Source: Rhizophagus irregularis
Lineage: Eukaryota
Length of the DNA stretch: 64,000 nt
Direction of reading: 5' to 3'
NCBI RefSeq assembly: GCF_026210795.1
Contig: NC_089431.1
Coordinates: forward strand, 2,790,001-2,854,000
The position numbers and the translations under genes are program-made. Position 1 is the first letter of the stretch, and every line of letters begins with the position of its first letter. The notes below the pieces were generated by a model. That model worked only from the letters and a program-made list of their open reading frames with translations, did no database searches and was not told where the DNA came from. Below are positions 1 to 13,670 of the stretch, piece after piece.

Positions 1-454
1 TTTGGGAGCAAAAACCACATTCAAAATTAATGTCCTCCCCCCCTATTTTGAAAATTTTAAAATAATTTAATCACATATGTTCACGTATGTTTAAAGCACC
101 CCTCTCTCTTTTCTGAAATTGGGTGTACCGAATATTTCCGACTTTGCCAAAAACTTCAAAAACTTCCGAAAAAATTATATCACAATTTTTTCAGCCAACG
201 ATGAAAACGCAGTGGGTGTGATGCCGGTGATGAATATTTTAGGTCACGTGAGGTAAAAAATTTAAATTTCAGCATATCTATAGATCAAACAATGTGATTA
301 ATCAAAATGCAGTAGTAAAATTTGAAATTACTGGGAATTTCTTTATCATAAAGTGGTTTAGTACTTTAGTTGTATACTACATTAACTTATGAATCAACCA
401 ATGATTTATTATCCGTTATTGTATCTACCGTATATCGCGGGCCACGATAGTATT

Positions 455-745
455 CCGAAATTCCAATTATACAATTTGGCGTACTCCGTTAATTATATCA
501 CGAAATCAACTTATCCTCTTCATCAATTTCATAATCAGAATATGGTTCATCTCCTGATGCCAAGTCCCACATCGAATTTCAACATCTATAGTTATTTTCT
601 TAATTGCTACGGTTCCTATTTTGTCTTATAAATTTTATCAAACGCGCCAAATCCTGTTTTTTTTTCTCCTCACTCAGTTCTTTATAAAGTATTTCTTTAC
701 TAATTCCATATCAGTTTGATACCAGTTTCATTAATTATAATTGAA
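455..745 (-). pseudogene. Collapsed relic of a tandem-kinase gene (exon 1 fused directly to the second-domain C-lobe)
   Basis: Minus strand matches exon 1 of the 7434 gene (GFGAF..TVAIKKITID) joined to a degraded WxLASGDEPYSDYEIDEED..INGVR segment. Frameshifted. A close copy lies at ~8467-8740. Confidence 0.75.
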
Positions 746-1000
746 GAATAAATTAAAGTTTCTTTACAGATTTGATGCTTCATTTATCATTGAATTATTT
801 CTAAATTAGGCCTTCATTATCGTGAAACATTACAAATTTTTTTCTTATTTTAATATTCTTTTGAATGAGTTTACTTACACTATGGCGTTATTGCATTAAT
901 ATTCCTACCATTTCTACATTTATAGAATTTTAACTTTTTAAAATGGATGAAGATTCAATTAATTAAAATTTTTAAAGCAATTTTTCTATTGGATATTATC

Positions 1001-1541
1001 AGTTATCCCCTGATCGGCACCATTTACACGATTATGCAAATGTAGTTATACCTACTGGATAGCAAATTTTATATGTATTTATTTATCCGTTTCTAGGAAA
1101 TTTTGCGGTAAAAATTAACTATTGATTATACTATAATGGACTGATTTGAAAATTTGAGTAATTTGGAAAGATTTGCATTTTCCAAATGAGAAAAACTTTC
1201 TTTTAATTTATTTGTAATCTCAATATTATTTTTCAAGTGTATTAGTAATAGTTCCGAAGCTTTTTAAAATTCAATTATTTTTTAAAATCTTTTAAAATGA
1301 AAAAAAAAACCAAGCGAAAGAAAAATAAGATACAACAATAAAATAAACTATATTAAACTCACGATATACTATAAAACACTTACTATTGTGTAAATGGCAG
1401 GGGATAAATCAATTATCTCCTGGCTAATTGGAATAGTAAAATTTTACTTAGAATCGGAACATGATCAGCCTTCGGCCGATCATTTATCCAATCCTAGTAA
1501 AATTTTACTTATTCCTAATTAGCCAGGAGATAAGTAATACT
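1001..1541. mobile_element. ~540-bp non-autonomous insertion ending in a 121-bp palindrome
   Basis: Absent from the paralogous sites GGATATTATC(C)AT(G/A)TCACACC at ~7678 and ~8855. TTATCCCCTG (1003) is inverted relative to CAGGGGATAA (1398). Long hairpin at 1413-1533. Confidence 0.7.
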
Positions 1542-2294
1542 TGTCACACCGTCCGACTGATAAGATTTTTTTGAAGGTAACTCACACAATCTACGTTACA
1601 AAAAAAATACAAATTGCTTAAAAAGAATTGTGAAAGATAAATAATCTCATTTTAATATTGTCTGAATGGTTTCCCAAAGAATTTTAGTTATTCAGAATTT
1701 CTTTTTCAAAATCTCGTGCGCCTGAAATTATTTGAATATACATTTATAAATTATTGAGAAATTTGTTTTTATGATTTAACTGTTACTAGTTTGCTAATTT
1801 TACTTCGTGTTATTAGAATTTCAAATTTATTACATTACATTAAGAAAAATTCATACTAAATAAATATTAAAATATTCTTTTAAGAAAATTAACAAGTACA
1901 GTCTCTTTTCTAAAGTAAAAGAAAATGATTATATAATTGTAATTATTTATACTTGGTTGAAAATTAAAGAATATTTCATAATTTTTACTTTGCGTTATTT
2001 AATATCATATTTTAGTCATTTATTTTTGTTCAATAAATCTTGTGGCGTTTTTGGTTCAGATTTAACTGAGAGATTTGTTAGTAAATCTATAAATTACTTA
2101 AACTTCTACAACACTAGTTGCTTCGGATAGGTCTAGTCTCAAGAGGTTGAGCGTTTCATAATGTAGTAACTTGGTTAGAGATCGCGGAACAACGGACAAC
2201 GGGTAAGAACAAAACCAATTTAGGTAATTTTTGTAAGAATTTAGAATCAATTCTCAAGTTGTATTTAAAAAAAAAATTAATAACGATAATAAAG

Positions 2295-3279
2295 AGATGA
2301 TTGTTTGGAATGTTCCTGCAGAAATGTACAATGTAAATAATGGGAAGGGTTTCGATTTATGGAAGTTTAAAATACATCAATTTTAATAGGAAACTTAATA
2401 TACTGTAAAAGTCAATTTTTAGTATATCTCACTCAATACGATGATCACAAAATTGATCAAATAGTAGTAAATCCTACGGAGACTATACATATATTTAATT
2501 TATTAGTCCATTGATATTATCGGAGGAGGCCATTCAATACAAAAACACATGATATTCAAAAAATTATTAACTAGGATTTGTTTTATTCCTAGAAACCCTA
2601 ATAATACTAATAAACCTCTCAAATATGTTTATACTTATTTTTTGAACGATGATGATTTACAAACACGATGTGTACTGATTTTAGATATAAGGGTAAATTG
2701 TTATTCTGGGCACGGCTGATTGTGACCAACTACAATTTGAAAGACCAAAATATATAAACAGAAGGAGGCATTAAAAAGATTTAAGAAAATTCTGAAGAAA
2801 ATGATAATACCAAACAACATCAATTATTATCTTATGCAGATGGCGTGGAAAACGGTAAACAATCCAACAATCAACGAAATTTTCGACAATGGAATAGACG
2901 AAATATTAACAACAATAAGCAATATAAACATAATCATAATAATCCTAAGCATGAAAAAGATATGTACAACGAACTATTATGTTTGAAAGATCCGATTAAC
3001 GCTCTCAATAATAGTTTAACGCCAAAAAAACAAACTAAAAATATTAATACGAAACAATCGACGTCTGGTAATGTGATTAATAAGGCAGTAGTTATTAATG
3101 ATAACGCTAAGAGACTTCATATGGAAACGAGCTCTTTAGATAATGATTTGGGTATTGAAGAATTCGAAAAGAAACTTGAAGCCTCGAACAAACAAGTTCA
3201 ACAAAACACTACTATTCTTCAAGATGCCGCATCTAAACTCACTTATACTTTAGATGACGATGTTGAATTAGAAGACTAA
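2295..3279 (+). pseudogene. Decayed non-LTR retrotransposon (LINE) ORF1-like relic
   Basis: Broken frames give IVWNVPAEM, FIPRNPNNTNKPLKYVYTYFLNDDDL and KGKLLFWAR (RRM-like ORF1 pattern, recognised from memory). An Asn-rich tail follows (ORF 2845-3279). Confidence 0.45.
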
Positions 3280-3499
3280 TTCATCATCATTAATATCTCT
3301 TTTAAACATATTTTATGAATTATGATGAACAATCAAAAATAAAAATTAAAAATATAAAAATAAAAATCCAAAAATAATTTTTCTCCTGCCTCTGATTCGT
3401 TTAAAAAATTTAAAAGGAGGCAAATAATGGCATATTTTTTTTAATATAGGTATAATTAATGTAATGCACTTACAAAAGAAAAATAACAATTTTTAATAG

Positions 3500-4246
3500 A
3501 TTATATCAACAAAATCGACAATCAAAAATTGTATTACAACACAAACAAAATAAATGTACATCTTTTTTTACGAATGATATAAATCAATCACCATGCAACA
3601 GCAAAATTGAGAATATTATTTTGTAATGGTAACTTATTAACTCAATTAAACTGACCTCAACAGATTAAGAATTTTGTTAATATCCGATAACAATTTTTCT
3701 TGCCAAGACTTGGAATTTAGAACCATTTACTAATCTAAGATATTTATATTTGGGCATAAGCAATAAGGATAATATTCAAAGAGGTATTATCGTTTTCAAG
3801 GAAGTTTGAAGCCTTTAAGAAATTTGAAAAATTTAGTAAAATTAGATATCTATGAAACAGACATTGATAGTGGTCTAGAATATTTACCAAGCAATTTAAA
3901 ATCTATTATTATTAATCGTTCTGAACCGTACCGAAAGAAGCAAAAGTCAATCAATTGTTTTCAAGTTTAAGACCTTATCACAAACAAAGTTTTTCAATGA
4001 TAGTTACTGTACTGATTTTTATGATATGCAAGAGTTGAGAAAGGCTAATGAGAAATTAATAAAAAAAATCAAAGAGGAAACTACGAGTGAAAAGAAGCCA
4101 AAGAGCAGATTTCACAATTGCAAAAAGGAGCTAGCTGAAGAAAAAAAATAGAAAATTGAATAGAACGATAACTAAATAATTTGTAAATTAGTGAACAGCC
4201 AATTACCCAAGTTGTTCAATCTACTTCCCAACCTTGGAATAAATAA
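3500..4246 (+). pseudogene. Intronless leucine-rich-repeat pseudogene (AM-fungal / Mollicutes-endobacterial LRR type)
   Basis: Frameshifted translation: LRILFCNGNLLTQL / LISDNNFSCQDLEF / LRYLYLG..NIQRGI / RFQGSLKPLRNLKNLVKLDIYETDIDSGLEYLPSNL ... EQPITQVVQSTSQPWNK*. Confidence 0.75.
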
Positions 4247-4831
4247 ACATGTCCTACTCCGGTCGAAAAAACTAAATTCGAAATTTGTCAAAAAATATAA
4301 TTTGTTAACAAGGCAATAATTTATTAAATAAATAATTAAATAAATAATAATATATACATTAAATTTATTTTTTATACTTTAAATTATAATACATGTAAAG
4401 ATTGCAAATAAAAATGAATATTAATTCGATAATTCCTTTTACAATACGGTCTATATACTGTACCAGCTGAGTTAAGTAAAGTGTGATTTAGCAAACCAAC
4501 GAACTACAAAAACTCTATATTTTTTGTAGAGTTACACCTCTCGAATTTTTGAATATGAACCCCACCCAATTAAAACAGTTTAAAATAAATTGTTGGTTAT
4601 CATAACTGGTCACATGACCTATGCGTGTCCTTCGCTATCATACGCTCCGTAATTAAAGAACGATGATTTATTAATTATTCGCTAGGATTGAATTTGATTA
4701 AGTAAACTCTTTACAAATTGACAAATATTGAAATACTATAATAATTAATTTTTTCATCAACATACTATTGAGTATTGAGTATAGTAGTATTTGATAAAAT
4801 TAGCATAATTATATAGTATCTACTAATAAAA

Positions 4832-7434
4832 CTATACTTCACGTTTATTTTGAAGGATTAAAATCAAATTAATTTTAAGAATGTTGCCGTAATTATAAAT
4901 TAAAAAAATTATCAAAATTATCGAAATCATAAGTATCATTTTCATTTTCATCGTGAGGTTGGTAAAATTGAGGGAAAGGTGAGGGAGAGAGAGGTTGTGA
5001 GAGAGGTGAGGGAGGGAGAGGTTGTTCATAAAATGGAGGGAAAGGGGAGGAAGGGAGAGGGAAGGGAGGGAAATGCTGCCGATTAAATGGAGGGAGTAGG
5101 GGAAAGAGAGGCTGTTGATAAAATGGTACATCTTCTGAAAGGAACGGTTGACTAATGATGGATTTGTTTGTGGTGGTGAAATACCTCTACTATCAGCAGC
5201 TTCAAATTGACTATTTCTAGACACCGTAAATGTATGAAGTTCTTCAAGTAAATCCTTAGTGTCGGGTCGTCTTTCCGGATCATCATCTAAACATTTTTGC
5301 ATCAGTTCGTAATAGCGTTGCGGATCGTTCCTCGATACTAATTCCCGCATTAAAACACCAAGACTGTAAATATCTGATTTGATAGAAACTTTTTCTCCTT
5401 TCAAAATCTCAGGAGAAATATGTCTATTATTTTTATTTGCCTCATCAGTTTTATAAAATTCTCCACTATAGACACAAAAATCCAAATCAGAAACATATAT
5501 TTCTAGCTCATGATTCAAATCATCTTTTTGAAGTAATATACTTCCCGAGTGAAAATTACAATGTACATAGTTTGTCTTATGAATGTTATGAAGAAGTTCT
5601 ACAATTTTTTTTAAGATTGACAATCTTTCAAACCAACTAAATGGAAATTTATTTTGAATATATTTTCGTAATTTCACAACATTTGCGTATTTCAATACCA
5701 TCAAATAATAAGATTTAGTGGATTTAGATTTAGTGCTTGAAACTTGAGTAAATCCGGTAAATCCATAACAATAAATGATAATATTTTCCAATTCTAAATA
5801 TAATTTTAGTTTATTAATATTTAGACATCTAAGTCTTCGTAAAATTATTTTAACTGGTCCCTTTCTCTCCCATTGTTGAGATCTGTCGTCCCATAATTCT
5901 CTACTTCCATCTAACCAAGTTGCAGTAAAAAATCCATCTTCTATATCTTTTATAACTTTTATATCTTTAAATTGATTAAATTTAATCCATTCAAAATACG
6001 TATTATTTTTTGTTGCACTAAGTTGGGAATATTGAATGAGTTCATCGAGACTTTGGTTTTCGCTCGTCCAATTAGAAAAATCTTCTTGAAATCTTTGAGA
6101 TTCACAACTATTACACCAATTTTGATCTGTGAATTTTGAATCACATCTTTTGCAGATTACACTATTTGTTTGTATGATTAGATCATCAGGTAAGATACAC
6201 CCTAAAAAAAAAATAATAAAACTAATTTAAATGGCTAATAAAACACTATTCCCATTTTCAATAAAATTATAATAATACCTGATGTACCAGGAGATGGTGA
6301 TGGGGAACATGATGTATATTCATCATCTCCTTCAAAAACTGGTTCAAGTGACATGGATTTCAATTGTGAAAGAACTTCTTCGATTAAAGGTCTAGAATTT
6401 GGTTCTATTTCCCAACAACTTGTATAAATCTGCTTGTATTCCATTGGAGTTCCTTTGACAGATTTTTCTTTTAAACCTTGACAAATCTTAAGAGACAAAT
6501 CCAAGATTATAGTTTCTCCAGGAAAAGGCTCACGACAACTTGAAATTTCCCATAATACCATTCCTAAACTATAAATATCAGACTTTTTATTCAATACATA
6601 TTTTGTTTGATTTAATTTTTGCGGATCAATAAATGGTACCATTCCAAAGACACCATTATTAGTAGATGACATTGTGCCATTTAAATTCTTGGATAATCCA
6701 AAATCTGATATCTTAATATTTCCTTCGTTTATAAGTATATTTTTGGTATGCTAAAATATATAGAGAAAGTATATTACATTAGTTCAGATGTCTTTAAACA
6801 TTCCATTCCTCATATTTAAAGATTATTACCAGATCACGGTGTATGATGTTCTTTTCATTATGAAGATAACGAAGTCCTTCTGCGATTTGAATTGCGAGAC
6901 GTTTTCTTTCTTCCCACTTAAATTCACCTTTTCCAAATTTTTCGATGAATTCACGTAAATCTCCTTGTTTTGCATATTCCAGTACGAGATAATGCCCTTT
7001 ATGCTCATCTTTATATTTTACAGAATATATTTTATAATTTATGAATATTGAAAAAAAAGTTACAAATTTGAAACAGTATTGTAATGATTACCTCGGCTTA
7101 TTCCATGGAATTGAATTATTCTTTCGTGTTTTATTTGACTATGAAGTTTTAGCTAGTAAAATTTATAAATCGTATTTAGTTTTAAGTAACATAAAATAAA
7201 TTTGGATATTATTTTAATTTTAAATACCTCTTTAATAAAACGTATAACCTCAACTTCAGCATCTATAGTTATTTTCTTAATTGCTACGGTTCCTATGGAA
7301 TCACATTTAGTCTTATAAACTCTACCAAACGCGCCAGATCCTTTTTCTTTTTTCTTCTCACTCAGTTCTTTATAAAGTATTTCTTTAATTCCATATTCTT
7401 TAATAGCAGTTTGATACCAATTTTCATTAATCAT
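4832..7434 (-). CDS. Tandem TKL kinase-pseudokinase A (multi-exon; second domain further degraded)
   Basis: Domain 1 has GSGAFG, VAIK, HRDL|HTKN and SDFGLSK across GT-AG introns. A CxxC..WCxxC linker follows. Domain 2 has HCNFHSGS, SDLDFC and a ~30-aa C-lobe deletion. The frame of the 3' tail is uncertain. Confidence 0.8.
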
Positions 7435-7987
7435 AATTAAAGAATAAAATTTAAGTTTCTATAGATAAGCTCAATTCTTACAATATATATATGTAAATTT
7501 ACGCCGATTATTTTCTTTATTTCCTTTACTGATATGATGCTTCATTTATCATTGAATTATTTCTAAATTAGGCCCTTCATTATCTTTCTTATTTGAATGA
7601 CATGAAACATCAAAACTTACATTTTTACGCCTAGATAAAGATCCAATTAATTAAAAATTTATAACAATTTTTCTATTGGATATTATCCATGTCACACCGA
7701 CTGTTAAGATTTTTTAAATGACTCAACCTACGTTACAAAAAAACCAAATTGTTTGCTTAAAAAGAATTGCGAAAGAGGCAAGAGAACAAATAATCTCATG
7801 TTAGTTTCCTAAAGAATTTTAGTTATTCAGAATTTCTTTTTTTTCAAAATCTTGTGCGCCGAAAATTATTTGAATATTCATATATGGAATTATTGAGTAA
7901 TTTTTTTTTTATGGCTTTACTGTTATTAGGTTATTAATTCCGGAAATATGAGCCTTTTACGGAAAAAAAGACGGAATATAAAACACG

Positions 7988-9367
7988 TCCAAAAACGCTG
8001 CTGCTAAAGGCTTACATTTTAATGAGGTTCATTGAATGACTAAAATATACTTAATAACGCAAGTAAAAAAAATATTATGAAAATTTTATTTTCCAGGTAA
8101 AATTCCTATAATCATTTTCTTTTACGAGAAAGAGACGCCCGATGAAGAAATCGCACTTGTTAATTTTTCATAAAAGAATATAAATTCTTAGTTTAATATT
8201 TATTTAGTATAAAATTTTTCTTAACGTAATGTAATAAATTTGAAATTCTACAATAACACGAAATAAAATTAGCAACCTTATATCACGGAATTTATCGAAT
8301 CATTTGCATTTTCTGTGAATGGCTCATTTTTACGGAGTTTTTACAGAAATGACGGATAAAATTTTTTATAGGGTAATCAAATTAAGCTAGTAAAATCATA
8401 TAATCTTCCATCAACCATTTCATGAGGATTGAAGTAATTTGATCGTGTATTTTCTGATCATTATCAAATTTCAATTATACAATTTGGCGTACTCCATTAA
8501 TTATATCACGAATCAACTTATCCTCCTCGTCAATTTCATAATCAGAATATGGTTCATCTCCTGATGCCAATTCCCACATCGGACTTCAACATCTATTGCT
8601 ACGTTTCCTATGGAATCACATTTTGTCTTATAAATTTTATCAAACGCGCCAAATCCCATTTTTTTTTCTCCTCACTCGGTTCTTTATAGAGTATTCTTTA
8701 ATTCCATATCAGCTTGATACCTGTTTCATTAATTATAATTGAAAATAAATTAAAGTTAATTGAAAAATAAATTAAAGTTTCCACAGATAAGCTCAGTTCC
8801 CACAATATAATGCAAATTTATGCCGATTATCTTTACAGATTTGATGCTTCTATTGGATATTATCATATCACACCGACTGATAAGATAAATAATTCATATA
8901 ATCTATGTTACAAAAAAAAACAGTGTCTAAATGATTTCCCATCTTTTTTTCAAGATCACGTGCATCTGAAAATTATTTGAATATTCATATATGAAATTAT
9001 TGAGTAATTTATTGATTTTACTGTTACTAGTTTGCTAATTTTACTTCGTGTTATTGTAGAATTTCAAATTTATTACATTACATTAAGAAAAATTTCATAT
9101 TAAATAAATATTTTAAATATATATTCTTTTAAGAAAAATCAACAAGTGCGGTTTCTTAATCGGGTATCTCTTTCTGAAGTAAAAGAAAATGATTATATAA
9201 TTGTAATTATTTATACTTGGTTGAAAATTATAAATATAGAATTTTACCCGGAAAAAAAAATTTTTATAATATTTACTCTGCGTTATTTAATATGATATTT
9301 TTGGTCATTTATTTTTTGTTCAATAAATCTCATTAAAATGTAAGCTTTTAGCAGTTGCGTTTTTGGT
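7988..9367. repeat. ~300-bp inverted repeat (arms ~7988-8277 and ~9030-9367) derived from a kinase-gene 3' end
   Basis: CTACAATAACACGAAATAAAATTAGCAAC vs GTTTGCTAATTTTACTTCGTGTTATTGTAG. AAAAACGCTGCTGCTAAAGGCTTACATTTTAATGAG vs CTCATTAAAATGTAAGCTTTTAGCAGTTGCGTTTTT. Confidence 0.8.
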
Positions 9368-9630
9368 TCAGAATGAAATGAAAGATTTTTTAGTAAATCT
9401 ATAAATTGCTTAAACTTCTACAACACTAATTGTTTCGGATAGTCTAGTCTCAAGAAGTTGAGTGTGTCATATTGTTAATAAAAATAACGATTATATTTTA
9501 TTTATATCATAGCAATTTGATTAGAGATTATCATGGAACGACGGACAATGAGTAAGAACAAAACCAATTTAGGTAATTTTTGTGAGAATTTTGAATCAAT
9601 TCTCAAATTGTATTTAAAAATTAATAACGA
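8467..9630. repeat. Segmental duplicate of ~455-2280 (collapsed kinase relic, upstream region and kinase 3' end)
   Basis: Long collinear identity with 455-2280, minus the 1001-1541 insertion. Partly matches 7255-7930. Confidence 0.8.
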
Positions 9631-9979
9631 TATTTCTTCTGCATAATAGAAACTAGAGAAATTTATTTTATATTGAGCTTGATTCATTCAAATAGCATAC
9701 ATATCAGGAAGGAAGTTTTTAAGATTTATTATTTTCAAAAAAAAAATCTTTAACTATAATGCGATATTCTTATTGTGTAAAATTAATTGCAATTTGCAAT
9801 GCAAAAATTAGGTTCGTGAAAAAAAAAAAAAATCCCGAATTCCGATGATTATTATTTTTATTGGCTAATTTAAGTGTAATATAATTAATATACTTATTAA
9901 ATTTTAAATATAAATAATTATTTATATAATAAATATTAAATATGTAAATATTTTTATAAATCCAATTGTTTAATGATTG

Positions 9980-12598
9980 TCATTCATCTAATAACCCTTC
10001 GCCATTAAAATATAAGCTTTTTTCAATAGCATTTTTTGGCTTAGGTAAGCTAAAGTCGAACTGAAGAGACCTATTAGTAAACCTAAAACTAGTTGTTCCA
10101 GCATAAGCTTCCGCAACATTAATTGATTCTACAACTATTTTGACATTATCCTTAGTTAATTGACTAGGCCTGGTTCCAAGAGGTTGACCACGTACTCGAC
10201 GATCAGCAGCTTCAAACTGATGCTTTTTAAACGGAGCTGTAGTAAATGCGTGAAGCTCTTCAAGTAAGTTTAGAGTGGTAGGTCGTTTTTCTGGATCAGC
10301 ATCTAAACATTTTTGCATCAATTCATGATAACATTTTGGAGTTCCAATTACATTATTTGGACGTACACCATTAATTATATCAAGAATCAACTCATCTTCA
10401 TTATCAATTTCATAATCGGAATATGGTTCATCTCCTGATACCAATTCCCACATTATAATACCAATACTATAAATGTCTGATTTAATAGAGGTTAAGTTTC
10501 CATTTTCTACTATAACTTCAGGAGCAATATATGATAAATTACCATACAATTGTTGTACTGGTTCAGAATTTAAATTAGCACATGAATCTAATTCAGAAAT
10601 ATATACTTCTAAATTATTATGTTCTTTCAGAATTAATATATTTCCTGGATATAAATCACGATGTATATAATTTGCCTTATGAATGTTATGAAGACCTTCT
10701 ATAATTTTTTTTAATATTGACAATTTTTTAAACCAACCTCTACATGGAAATTTTTTCCGAATATATTGACGTAAATTTCCGCCATCTGCATATTTTAATA
10801 CCATGTGATAAGATTTAGTTTCCAGATCTTGTGTGAATCCATAACAACGTATGGTATTTTTAATATCTAAATGTAATCTTAGATTATTAATTGTCGAATC
10901 GAATCTGAATTTTCGTAAAATTATTTGAGCATCTTTTGTTCTCACCCATTGTTGAAACTCAGTATCCCATACTTCTCTTATTCCATCTAACCAAGTTGCA
11001 GTATAAATTTCACAATATGAACCTTGTACAATACGTTTTATATTTGTAAATTGATTATAATCAATCCACTCAAAATAATCATTATGGTTTGTTGCGTTTA
11101 ATTGAGAATCTTGAATAAGTTTATCAAGATCTTTATCTCCACATGTCCAATTAGGAAAATTTTCATGGAACACTTGAGCTTCACACTCACGACACCAATG
11201 ATAATTCTTGAATTGTATTTCACATTTTTTGCATATTGTATTTGTTGATAAAAATGAGCTTGCTAAGTTCTCAGAAATAGCCAGAGAAGACAGGGAAGGA
11301 GAATATCCTAAAAAAATAAAAATAATAATTAATTAATTTAAATAAATAAATGAATAAATAGAAAAAATTAAAAAAATTATCATAATAATACCAGAAATAA
11401 AATTTTTTGAGGTATCAGAAGGTGGTAATAAGTAAATTGAATTTTTATCATCATCCCCTTCAAAAATTGGTTCAAGAGACATGGATTGCAACTGTAAAAG
11501 AATTTGACTGATTAAAGGTCTAAAATCTGGTTCTGATTGCCAGCAATTAGTGTAAATCTTCATATAATCAATTGGAGTTCCTTTAATTAATTCTTCTTTA
11601 AATCATGACAAATATCAAGATATAAACGCCACTCCTCTTTATATAGAGGAAAAGGCTTACGACAACTTGAAATTTCCCATAGTACCATTCCTAAACTATA
11701 AATATCAGATCTTTTATCTAATGGAACATTCCTATTATTTAATTTATGCGGATCAATAAATGGAATAATTCCAAAAAACTTATTACCAGATGACATTGTA
11801 CTTTCTAAATTTTTAGATAATCCAAAATCCGATATCTTAATGTTACCATCATTAATAAGAATATTTTTCGTATGCTAAATATTTATAAAATACGTAAATA
11901 CATTTGTATAAATATCAAATACATAACTGATAACGACATGTTAGCAAAAAATTATTACCAAGTCACGATGTGCAATATTTAATTCATCATGAAGATAACA
12001 AAGCCCTTCCGCAATTTGAGTTGCGAGGAATACCCTTTCCGTCCATTCAAAACCGTTTTCATTACAGTTTTTAACATTGATATATTCACGTAAATTTCCT
12101 TGATTTGCATATTCTAATACTAAATAATATAATCTTTCTTTAACGTCTGTAATAATTTATATAATATTAGAAACGCAACTTGTACAAAATTACAATAGCC
12201 AAAGAATAAATTTAATGCTAACTTACTTCGGCTTATGCCATAAAATTGAATAATTCTTCCATTATCAATACGATTATAAATTTTCAACTAAAAAATTTGT
12301 TAAATTTTAAATTTTTATTTTATTTTATTTTTTTTTTATGATTCAAGTAAAGAAACACTTTATATACCTCATTAACAAAAGTTTTTATAGTGCGATTTTT
12401 ACAATCATCTGAAGTTATATTTACTTCTTTAATCGCTATTAAAATTCCTCCAAGGGATTCACATTTTGTTTTATAAACTATGCAAGAACCTTGACCTATT
12501 CGTTCTTTTTCATTACCAAAATTTTCAAGTATTTCTTTAATTCCATAATAATTAATAGCGGTTTGATAAAAATCTTCATTTAAATTGTTTGAATTCAT
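9980..12598 (-). CDS. Tandem TKL kinase-pseudokinase B; 1-nt frameshift near 11598
   Basis: Same exon layout as gene C. Domain 1 has IAIK, HRDL|HTKN and DFG. Domain 2 has IILRKF, HRDLYPGN and SELDSC. It reads TTA AAG AAG AAT TAA where paralog C reads TTG AAA GAA GAA TTT. Confidence 0.8.
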
Positions 12599-13439
12599 AA
12601 TTGCAGAATAAAAGTTTTTCATTTATTACAAATATCAAGTATTTTTATTATTATTATTATTTTCAAGTACAAAATACGTCATAAATTTTTTATAAAATAG
12701 AAGTTACTTAAATATTTTTGTGGTTTCAGCCAGCAGTATTTGAATCACTCCAAAATAAGAAGTAATTACAAGACACCTTTGAATTTATTTCTAAATGAGG
12801 TTATTCATTATCATGACTTTTTTGAATTACTTCCTTTTAAATAAGGGCACATCAATTATCATTTAAACATTATTATTTCTAAATAAAGATCCTTACAATG
12901 TTATTACGAAACTTCCTTTAGACTTTGACCTTTTGCTAAATAAGAACGCATTAAATGTTTAAAATTTAAAAAATAATCGTAATTAATAACTAAAAAAAAA
13001 ATAATAAATAAATGTCATTGTTTATATTCCTTATCTTAACTATATAATTTATATGACTCAAAAATTTTGTTTCTAAAGAATTCTTTTATTCATTTTATTC
13101 AAATAAAAAAAAAAAAAATTTTTTTAAGTTGGCCAATCATATTTTTCGTTGATATCGTTTTTATTGGCTCAATACTTCAATCCCGATCATCATCACACAA
13201 GCAGCCACATAGTAAAATCGTGTACAAGCGTAAATATTGATTATATGATCGCTTTCATTATGTAACCTTAACGCTTTTATTAAAATAAAGTATCATGTTG
13301 GCATATATAAAAAGAAGTGTTTTATGGTAAAGTTCCAGGATATATTAATATCGATCTCGTAGATTTTGAATTAAATTAACATTAATCATAATAATTAGTT
13401 AATTAAATCAAGAATAAATAAAACTAAAAATTTCTTACA

Positions 13440-13670
13440 TTGATTATTTTCTGATTATTTTTTCAAATTATTGTTCTTTGTTTTATTGCTTCAATATTTT
13501 CTTTACATAATCAATTTTATCTGGATAAATAATTTTAAATTCTTACATTCAAATAAATGTTTTCCAATACTAGGAACTGTATTTTTCTTAGAGCTTCCTA
13601 AGTAAGGCCTTTTATAGCTAGTATGCATCCTTTACATATTGCTTTAATGTCGTCTTTATTCACGATTTGA
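13440..13670 (-). pseudogene. Possible BED-zinc-finger (hAT-like transposase N-terminus) relic
   Basis: Broken translation IKAICKGCIL...VPSIGKHLFECK gives a CxxC...HxxxC pattern. Confidence 0.35.
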
